40,889 nucleotides of DNA from the IMG/VR virus record IMGVR_UViG_3300037313_000615, positions 1-40,889 of that record, one strand, 5' to 3'. The stretch is from a virus (taxonomy: Duplodnaviria > Caudoviricetes). The translations under genes and the position numbers were made by a program. Below are positions 9,467 to 16,505 of this stretch, piece after piece (positions within the stretch are counted from its first letter, which is position 1; the number at the start of each line of letters is the position of its first letter). The notes under the pieces were generated by a model. It made no database searches. It worked only from the letters and a program-made list of their open reading frames with translations, and was not told where the DNA came from.

Positions 9467-10591
9467 TTGGGGCTGCTGATGCTCAACCTGGGTTGTATCT
9501 GGGATGACGACAGCGGCCCCGAAGCTGTCGAAATTCTCTATGACATGATTCGAAGGAATCTTCCGGAAGGCACGGAGGGTTCTTTCACATGCTTTACCGA
9601 CAAACCACACAAGTTTGCCGCCTTTCCAACCGAGCCGGTTTCCGAGTTCAAGGGCGGCGTTAAGATATTTCCCCTGCACTGCATCATCATCCGCAAGCTG
9701 GACATGATGCTGGAAGGCAAGCAGGTACCCACCACCTTCTATGACGGCAGTTTCCCCCCCGATGTGTCGCTGGTGGTGTTTCCGCTAGGCCAAAGCCCCG
9801 CAATGGCCCAAGGCTGGGTCCGCCATGTCTACAAGATCGGGGGCGGAACGTCAGTGGACATGAGCTTTACCCCTAACATGGGCGTAGACCGGATTGAGGC
9901 CAATATCCGCTCGGCTATCCAGCGGGAGTGCGCCTGGTTTGAGCCCCGCGAAGCCCATGGGGAGGCCGCGCTGATTATCGGCGGCGCGCCCTCCCTGGAA
10001 TTCGATCTGCCTTACATCGGTTATCTGGCCAACAGCTGCCAAATCTTTGCCGTGAACAATGTCCCGTCCTGGCTGGAGCGCCGGGGGCTGATCCCGGACT
10101 TCCATGTGATGCTTGATGCGCATCCCGATTGCCTGGGATTTGTCTCGCCCAACATCCCCATGAAGCGGCTCTATGCCTCCCAGTGCGATCCTGCCGTCCT
10201 GGACGCTGCCGGCACGTCCCTGATCTGCTGGCATGGGGGCGGGGAAGCCATGAGCCGAATCAGCGGCCACACCTTCCGGCATGTGGTGGGCGGGGGCACG
10301 ACCGGAGCTAGCCGGGCCATGGTGCTGGCCTATGGGATTGGCTTCCGCAAATTCCACCTGTTCGGGCTGGACTCGTCCTTTGAGGATCGCGTGCACGCCT
10401 ATGACCAAGGCCAGTACGAAAAAACCGTTAACGTCACCTGCGGGGGCGACACCTTCAAAACCTCGCCTCAGTTGCTAGGACAGGCCGAAGATTTTAGAGT
10501 GATGTTCCCTGATCTTGTTGCCGCAGGCTGTGAAATCAGCGTGCATGGCAACGGATTGCTGAAATCACTGGCCACACAGATGGCCTCATAG
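9467..10591 (+). CDS. Maf/DUF115 (MptE-like) glycosyltransferase-family protein with N-terminal glycosyltransferase-like remnant
   Basis: ALIIGGAPSL, IFAVNN, GLIPDFHVMLDA, GGGTT...AYGIGFRKFHLFGLDSSF, ISVHGNGLL. N-terminus ILYDMIRRNL...FTCFTD. Start may be ATG 9479. Confidence 0.7.
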   Translation: MGLLMLNLGCIWDDDSGPEAVEILYDMIRRNLPEGTEGSFTCFTDKPHKFAAFPTEPVSEFKGGVKIFPLHCIIIRKLDMMLEGKQVPTTFYDGSFPPDVSLVVFPLGQSPAMAQGWVRHVYKIGGGTSVDMSFTPNMGVDRIEANIRSAIQRECAWFEPREAHGEAALIIGGAPSLEFDLPYIGYLANSCQIFAVNNVPSWLERRGLIPDFHVMLDAHPDCLGFVSPNIPMKRLYASQCDPAVLDAAGTSLICWHGGGEAMSRISGHTFRHVVGGGTTGASRAMVLAYGIGFRKFHLFGLDSSFEDRVHAYDQGQYEKTVNVTCGGDTFKTSPQLLGQAEDFRVMFPDLVAAGCEISVHGNGLLKSLATQMAS

Positions 10592-10599
10592 GAGACTTC

Positions 10600-11313
10600 A
10601 TGGAATTGGCACTTGCCCGCGCACCGGAATTCAAAGGCAGCATGGTTGCGACCGTCAGCCATGGCGATGATTCCGGGCTGCACGTTGAATTCTTCATGGA
10701 CGATGTTTATCAGCCGTTTAAATCCGCCAAGGAAGGCCGCGCCGTTTACGAGCCGGTTGAGATGGTGCGAGTGATCGCGCCGGGAGCCAAGTCTGAATTC
10801 GTGACCCGTGTGTTCCATCCCGAACCGGGCCCGGAAGACCAGGATAAGGCCAAGCGCCGCAATTGGGCGCAGCGCTTTCCCAAGCAATACGAAGCCTTCA
10901 AATCCCAGCAGGTCCAGGTGCCTGACGGCACGCCCCTGGAAATGGCCAAGTTCCTAGCCTCTCATCGCGTCAAGGAATTGAAGGCAGCGAATATTCATAC
11001 CGTCGAGCAGTACGCCAACATGCCGGATTCGGTGGTGCAGACCTTGGGCATGGGCGCAGGCCGCGAGAAGGCTCTTTGCCAGCAGTTCCTGGCCAATGAT
11101 GACGAAAAGACCCGCAACTTGAGCCGCGCCATGGCCGAAGCTTCGGAAGCCAAGGCGGACGTGGAAATGCTCAAGCAGCAGTTGGCGCAGCTCAATGCCA
11201 TGATGGCCAATAAGATGGCCTCCACGGGGCAGATTTATCCTGAAACCCTGGAAACCGTTCCCAACCCTGAGAAGCGCGGTCCTGGCCGCCCCCGCAAGGA
11301 GAATGCCGAATGA
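10600..11313 (+). CDS. Conserved phage protein with C-terminal AT-hook
   Basis: GGAG RBS; RFPKQYEAFK...GTPLE...NIHTVEQYA; coiled coil followed by KRGPGRPRK. Confidence 0.7.
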   Translation: MELALARAPEFKGSMVATVSHGDDSGLHVEFFMDDVYQPFKSAKEGRAVYEPVEMVRVIAPGAKSEFVTRVFHPEPGPEDQDKAKRRNWAQRFPKQYEAFKSQQVQVPDGTPLEMAKFLASHRVKELKAANIHTVEQYANMPDSVVQTLGMGAGREKALCQQFLANDDEKTRNLSRAMAEASEAKADVEMLKQQLAQLNAMMANKMASTGQIYPETLETVPNPEKRGPGRPRKENAE

Positions 11314-11705
11314 CGATCCGTAGAAATGCAATGGGCTCTGGCGTATCTGCTGCCGCTGCCGGTTCCTTGATTGGTGGCGTCAGCAATGGCGCGACGGCCG
11401 GGGCTGGCTCATCTTCGCAGGCGACCGCCGCGCTTTTGCCGATGGCAACCACTCACATCATCACGACTGGGGCGGGCAATTCCGGGGTGATTATCCCCCC
11501 CGGAAACGGCACCACGGACGGCTTGCAGGCCGGCGACTGGATGCGGGTGGCGAACTATACCGGCAATACCATTTTTGTTTATCCGCCCGTTGGCGGAAAA
11601 CTCAACAACGGCAGCTTGAACGCTGGCCTTTCCATGACCAATGGCAAGGTTGCCACCTTTACCTCTATCGACGGTACGAACTTCGTTTACGAACTCACCG
11701 CGTAA
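11310..11705 (+). CDS. Small structural protein (paralog of the N-terminal domain of 4354..5715)
   Basis: SQATAALL..HIITTG..GVIIPPG...L.AGD...VYPPVGGKLN. Confidence 0.65.
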   Translation: MTIRRNAMGSGVSAAAAGSLIGGVSNGATAGAGSSSQATAALLPMATTHIITTGAGNSGVIIPPGNGTTDGLQAGDWMRVANYTGNTIFVYPPVGGKLNNGSLNAGLSMTNGKVATFTSIDGTNFVYELTA

Positions 11706-11711
11706 GATGAT

Positions 11712-12659
11712 ATGTCCCTGCTTACCGTTATCCAGGACGCCTGCAACGAACTGAGCCTGTCAGCCCCGAATTCCGTTATCGGGAATACGGACCCACAGGT
11801 TCAGCAGCTTCTTGCCCTGGCCAATCTGGAGGGGCAGACCTTCTTGCAGCTTCAGGGCCCCTGGGGCGGCTGGCCGGAACTCAACACCACCTACACCTTC
11901 AATCTGGTGCCGGTTGGGCCGTTTACCGGTGATACCACCCAAGGCTCCGACACCATCACCAACATGTCCAGCACATCCGGTATCCAGGTTGGGTATGGGG
12001 TGGCAGGATCAGGTGTCTATCAAAGCGCCACTGTCCTGGCGGTCACAGCTTCAACCGTTCAGATGAGTGCAGTAGCATCTTCCACCAATACCGCAGCGTC
12101 CTATAACTTCGGGCAGATTCTCTATGATCTTCCCGGAGACATTCGTTCCTTTATCAATGCCACCTACTGGGACAGAAATTTCCGCTGGCCAATGCTGGGC
12201 CCGCTTTCGCCGGTTGAATGGGAAGTGATTGTTTCGGGCATCTCGCCGGTAGGCCCGCGCATCCGGTTCCGGGTGGTGAACAACAAGATGCAGATTCAGC
12301 CGCTTCCCGGCACGGATCAAACCGACCAGATCGCCTATGAGTATGTCTCCAACGCTTTCTGTACTGATTCGGCTGGCACACCGCGCACAGCATCGGGCGG
12401 CGTTTGCCGTTGGGCCGCGGATACAGACCTTTATCGCTGGCCAGAAAACACCCTACGCCTTGGCGTGAAATGGCGCTTTCTGCGCGCCAAGGGCCTGGAT
12501 TACTCGGATGAGTATAAGCAGTACGTTGACGCAAGGGATTTCCAGCTGTCGGTTTCCGGAGCCAGCAGATCGCTGCGCATGAACGCGGTGGCGGCGGGAC
12601 TTCATTTCCTGAATTACAGCAATGTGCCGGACACTGGCTACGGCAATGTGACGGGCTGA
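11712..12659 (+). CDS. Head-tail adaptor/connector protein with inserted beta domain
   Basis: MSLLTVIQDACNEL...DPQVQQLLALAN N-terminus; LGVKWRFLRAKGLDY C-terminus; position before the tail hub gene. Confidence 0.7.
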   Translation: MSLLTVIQDACNELSLSAPNSVIGNTDPQVQQLLALANLEGQTFLQLQGPWGGWPELNTTYTFNLVPVGPFTGDTTQGSDTITNMSSTSGIQVGYGVAGSGVYQSATVLAVTASTVQMSAVASSTNTAASYNFGQILYDLPGDIRSFINATYWDRNFRWPMLGPLSPVEWEVIVSGISPVGPRIRFRVVNNKMQIQPLPGTDQTDQIAYEYVSNAFCTDSAGTPRTASGGVCRWAADTDLYRWPENTLRLGVKWRFLRAKGLDYSDEYKQYVDARDFQLSVSGASRSLRMNAVAAGLHFLNYSNVPDTGYGNVTG

Positions 12660-12662
12660 TAT

Positions 12663-14252
12663 ATGGCCCTTCCCAGCCGCCGCTTTCTCAAACCCCGCAA
12701 TAGCCCGATCCGGGGCAAGGCCACGGGCCGTACAGCATCCATTTCCGCGCCGGTTGGTGGCTTGAATGCTGTCGATTCTCTGGCTGCCATGCCGCCTGAA
12801 GACGCGGTGGTTTTGGACAACTTCTTTCCCTATCCCACCTATGTCCAGCTTCGGGCCGGCAGCGCCGATTGGGTAACGGGTCTTCCTTCCTTTGTCGAAA
12901 CCTTGATGGGGTTTTCGGACAACACCACGACCGAGAAGCTGTTCGCCATTTCAGGAACCTCTGTATATGACGTGACAACCTCCGGAGCTGTTGGGGCCGC
13001 TGTTGTAACTGGTCTATCCAATGCCCGCTGGGAATATGTGAATGTGTCTGTTCCCGGAGGTGCAAGTCTTTATGCAGCCAACGGCGTTGATAAGCCTCTC
13101 TATTACGACGGTTCTAGCTGGGTAAAGGTGGACGGGGCTTCTACCCCTGCGATTACTGGCGTCACCACCACGACATTGCGCAATCCGGCTGTGTGGAAAT
13201 CGCGGCTTTGGTTTGTGCAGAACAACACCACAAAAGCCTGGTACTTGCCGGTGCAGTCGATTGGCGGTGCCGCCACTTCGTTTGATCTCGCCACGATTTG
13301 GAATTTGGGCGGAGAGCTTCAATCCATCATCACATTTTCGCTGTCCTCCGCGACCAGCTTTGACGATTACATCGGCTTCCTCAGCACCGAAGGACAGCTT
13401 GCGGTTTATCAGGGGACTGACCCTGCCAGCGCCTCAACCTTTTCCATTGTTGGCGTCTACAACATGGGCAAGCCTGTAGGGCGCCGCTGCTGGTTCAAAT
13501 ATGGAAACGATGCCGCGATCATCTGTTCGGATGGGTTGGTCTCAGTTCAGCGCGTCATCAGCGTGGGCGTTAAGAATCCAAAAGACGCCATCACCTACAA
13601 AATCCAGCAGCTCATCAATGCGGATATTCAGGATTATTCCGGCAACTTTGGCTGGCAAGGTGTTGTTTATCCCCTTGGCAACAAAGTAATCCTGAACGTT
13701 CCACAATCTTCGAATTCCCAGTCGCACCAATATGTGATGAATACCCTGCATGGGGCTTGGTGCAGTTATGGGCTACTCAACTCCCCATGGAACGCATCGT
13801 GTTTCTGTGTGCTGGGGGATAACCTCTATTGGGGTGACAACACCATCGTCAAACTGGGCGATACCGGACGCAATGATTCCGGCACCCAAATCTTTGGCAG
13901 CATGTTGCCGGCCTATTCCTATTTCGGCACCAACCGGCAGAAGCAGTTCACCATGCTTCGCCCGATCCTGCTGACCTCTGGTCCAGTTACTCCTGCGCTG
14001 GGCCTCAGCCTGGATTTCCAGACCAAGTTACCCACCGGAACACCCACCTTCAGCCCACAGGCTGGGGGTATCTGGGGGACAGGTAAATGGGGCTCTGCGG
14101 TTTGGGGTGGATCTGCCCGCGTGCAAAAGCAGTGGCAGACGATTTATGGGGTGGGGTTTAGCGCGTCGGTATACCTTCAACTTGCCGCCACCCAGGCCGA
14201 TGTTAAGGTCTTGAGCTTTGACTATGTCATGAAGGATGGCGGGGTTCTGTAG
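12663..14252 (+). CDS. Tail hub/nozzle (P22 gp10-like packaged-DNA stabilization protein)
   Basis: APVGGLNAVDSLAAM..DAVVLDNFFP start, beta-propeller-like content, 529 aa, follows the adaptor. Confidence 0.75.
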   Translation: MALPSRRFLKPRNSPIRGKATGRTASISAPVGGLNAVDSLAAMPPEDAVVLDNFFPYPTYVQLRAGSADWVTGLPSFVETLMGFSDNTTTEKLFAISGTSVYDVTTSGAVGAAVVTGLSNARWEYVNVSVPGGASLYAANGVDKPLYYDGSSWVKVDGASTPAITGVTTTTLRNPAVWKSRLWFVQNNTTKAWYLPVQSIGGAATSFDLATIWNLGGELQSIITFSLSSATSFDDYIGFLSTEGQLAVYQGTDPASASTFSIVGVYNMGKPVGRRCWFKYGNDAAIICSDGLVSVQRVISVGVKNPKDAITYKIQQLINADIQDYSGNFGWQGVVYPLGNKVILNVPQSSNSQSHQYVMNTLHGAWCSYGLLNSPWNASCFCVLGDNLYWGDNTIVKLGDTGRNDSGTQIFGSMLPAYSYFGTNRQKQFTMLRPILLTSGPVTPALGLSLDFQTKLPTGTPTFSPQAGGIWGTGKWGSAVWGGSARVQKQWQTIYGVGFSASVYLQLAATQADVKVLSFDYVMKDGGVL

Positions 14253-14259
14253 GTCAAGA

Positions 14260-14330
14260 ATAGGGCGCTCTACCACTGAGCTACACACGCCATGGGCGCA
14301 TGATGGGAATCGAACTCACGACCTCCCTAT
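14260..14330 (-). ncRNA. Circularly permuted tRNA-like RNA (YrlA-like topology); may extend 14243-14364
   Basis: Minus strand reads ATAGGG-AGGTC-GTGAG TTCGATT CCCAT-CATGCGC CCATG GCGTGTG-TA-GCTC AGTGGTA GAGC-G-CCCTAT. This gives a T arm, a closed acceptor stem and a D arm, with the terminal ATAGGG/CCCTAT forming the anticodon-position stem. Confidence 0.75.
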
Positions 14331-14364
14331 AGCCACGGATTTGCACCGCCGACATACCTAAACC

Positions 14365-14568
14365 TTAGCACAGCAATCCCCGGCAAACATAGCCTGGGCC
14401 ATGCGCCAACGGTAGAAGCAGGTTAATAATCAGGATCACGGCGATAATCGCCAACACCACCCTAATAACTAGAGAAAAGGGCTCCGGGATTGGAACGAGG
14501 GTTATAACCCACCAGACAAGCGCGAAAATCAGGGCGTAGATGAGCAGGGTGATGAGCAGCGAAACCAT
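14365..14568 (-). CDS. Small two-TM membrane protein (Thivi_2564-like), moron
   Basis: MVSLLITLLIYALIFALVWWVITLVPIPEPF..IRVVLAIIAVILIINLL; GGAGG RBS (14574-14578); opposite strand to the late operon. Confidence 0.75.
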   Translation of the reverse strand: MVSLLITLLIYALIFALVWWVITLVPIPEPFSLVIRVVLAIIAVILIINLLLPLAHGPGYVCRGLLC

Positions 14569-14590
14569 GTGTTCCTCCCTGTCGTGGGAG

Positions 14591-14616
14591 AACGGCTGTT
14601 AACCGCGCGGGGTTCC
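14591..14616 (-). promoter_or_regulatory. Sigma-EcfG/SigT (alphaproteobacterial general stress response) type promoter
   Basis: Minus strand GGAAC (14616-14612), 17-nt spacer, CGTT (14594-14591), 22 nt upstream of the ATG at 14568. Confidence 0.65.
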
Positions 14617-14723
14617 AACCTCTGCAATTGCCACCGGCAAAGCTGTAGTTTACAGTCTTCTAGCCTGTCACCGGCATACCGCCGCTGGGCCGTGGTTCGT
14701 CACGGCCACGTTTGGGGGAGCCG

Positions 14724-15209
14724 ATGGCCTATTCCGACTACAGCTTTAGCGTCGAACCGCTCCATGAGATTTTCCCGGAGCTGGAACCGCATTGGCGCCA
14801 GCATTATGGGGTCTATCAGGCCCGCATGCTATCGGAAGGCGTCAAGGTCGCGGATTATAAGCCCCGAGTTGAGCAGTATTTCCGCAACAGCAAAGATGGC
14901 TGGCTCAAATGCTTTGTGGTGCGCCATCTGGGCGAATTGGTTGGATATGCAACCATTTACGTCACCGAGGACATGCACAATTCCGAGAAAATCGCCTGCG
15001 AGGATTTCATCTATGTCACCCCGGCACACCGGAACGGTACCGGGCGCAAGCTGACCAAATTCGTGCTTTCCGAGCTAAAAAAGCTTGGGGTCAAGCATCT
15101 CCATGTTGATGCCGTGACCGATACCCGTTCCGCGATCCTGTGGGCCCGTCTGGGCTTCAAGGATACCGCCCGCCACATGGTTTATTCTTTCGAGGCCCAG
15201 CATGTGTAA
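14724..15209 (+). CDS. GNAT-family acetyltransferase
   Basis: EDFIYVTPAHRNGTGRKL acetyl-CoA motif, LWARLGF; ATG 14724 after GGAG; usual position before ejection genes in P22-like podoviruses. Confidence 0.8.
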   Translation: MAYSDYSFSVEPLHEIFPELEPHWRQHYGVYQARMLSEGVKVADYKPRVEQYFRNSKDGWLKCFVVRHLGELVGYATIYVTEDMHNSEKIACEDFIYVTPAHRNGTGRKLTKFVLSELKKLGVKHLHVDAVTDTRSAILWARLGFKDTARHMVYSFEAQHV

Positions 15210-16248
15210 GCCCAGCCCCCCGAGCCCGCCCGATCCGGTTGCGACCGCCCAGGCGCAAACCACCTCCAACAAAGAAACGGCGATAGCCAATGCGGCTCTG
15301 AACCGTGTTAACCAATATACACCTTATGGATCGAACACCTATCAGATCACGGGAAATGCCCCGGATGGCACCCCGACCTACTCCCAAACGGTCAGTCTCA
15401 GCCCGGAACAGCAAAGCCTCTACGACAAGTTCACCACGGGCCAGAATGCCTTGGCGGATACCGCTTTAGGGCGCCTTGGCAATCTGCAGCAGAACTTCTC
15501 CCAGCCCTTTAGCCTGCGGAACGATCCGACAACGTCCGATTTTGGGACACAAATCAAGAATGCCCAGGACGCAGCCTATAAATCCCAGACCCAATATCTC
15601 GACCCCCAGTTTGCGCGGGATCAAAACTCCCTGAATGCCCAGTTGGCCAACCAGGGCTTTCAGACGGGCGATGAGGCCTACAAGAACGCCCAGGACGCCT
15701 TTAACGAGCGCCGGCAGATGGCTTACCAGGGTGCCCAGAATGCCGCTGTGCAGGCCGGGGCTCAAATCCAGAACCAGGGCTTTAATCAGGGTCTACAGGG
15801 AGCAGGTCTACAGTTCGCGGAATATAACCAGCCCCTCTCGACCTATAACGCCCTCATCACAGGTTCGCAGCCGACCAATCCGGCCTTTGGCAATGTGCCG
15901 GGGGTGCAGCAGGCCAATACAGACGTTGCGGGGATTTATAACCAGGGCTTCCAGAACCAGATGTCCAATTACAACGCCCAGCAGCAGGGGGTGAACAACC
16001 TGTTCAGCCTGGGCGGTAATCTGGGCGCAGCCGCAATCTTGGCGTCAGATCGGCGCCTAAAACGCGATATCAAGCGGGTGGGCGAGAACAGCCAAGGCCT
16101 GACGATATATGAATATCGTTATGTCTGGGATTCGCATGAAGTCAGGCACCGTGGGGTCATGGCGGATGAAGTTCGCAAGCTCATCCCAGAAGCTGTGGTG
16201 CCGGTTAATGGCTATGACTTTGTGGATTATTCGAGGATCGCGCCATGA
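15202..16248 (+). CDS. DNA ejection/internal virion protein with C-terminal peptidase S74 (intramolecular chaperone) domain
   Basis: PPDPVATAQAQ...NQYTPYGS N-terminus, Q/N/A-rich body; SDRRLKRDI...GVMADEV...PEAV...VDY from 16045. Confidence 0.75.
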   Translation: MCKPSPPSPPDPVATAQAQTTSNKETAIANAALNRVNQYTPYGSNTYQITGNAPDGTPTYSQTVSLSPEQQSLYDKFTTGQNALADTALGRLGNLQQNFSQPFSLRNDPTTSDFGTQIKNAQDAAYKSQTQYLDPQFARDQNSLNAQLANQGFQTGDEAYKNAQDAFNERRQMAYQGAQNAAVQAGAQIQNQGFNQGLQGAGLQFAEYNQPLSTYNALITGSQPTNPAFGNVPGVQQANTDVAGIYNQGFQNQMSNYNAQQQGVNNLFSLGGNLGAAAILASDRRLKRDIKRVGENSQGLTIYEYRYVWDSHEVRHRGVMADEVRKLIPEAVVPVNGYDFVDYSRIAP

Positions 16249-16505
16249 GTTCGCCCGGCTATTTCATGGATGACGCCGATTGGGCCAAGCAGCGCATGGC
16301 GCAGGCCCTTATGACGCCCCAGAACAACCAGGGTGCTTATGGCGGCTTAGCCAATCTGGGGTCTTCCCTGGGCGGCGCCTATGCCATGAAAAGCATGATG
16401 CCGGACCCTATGGCGGGGCAGAAAGCCCGGATGGCGGCTGCTGGCACCCCCATGGGCTCCAACGGCTTCCTCTCCAATCTGTTTAGCCTTGGAGGCGCCG
16501 CATGA
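16245..16505 (+). CDS. Small ejection-protein paralog
   Basis: ATGA-coupled on both sides; N-terminus resembles 16502..17977. Confidence 0.65.
   Translation: MSSPGYFMDDADWAKQRMAQALMTPQNNQGAYGGLANLGSSLGGAYAMKSMMPDPMAGQKARMAAAGTPMGSNGFLSNLFSLGGAA

Noticed and set aside
14260-14330. Ordinary tRNA gene or tRNA-derived attP
   Set aside because: The halves are in reverse order, with no anticodon loop and no free CCA end. An attP would carry only a colinear part of a tRNA, and no integrase is seen.
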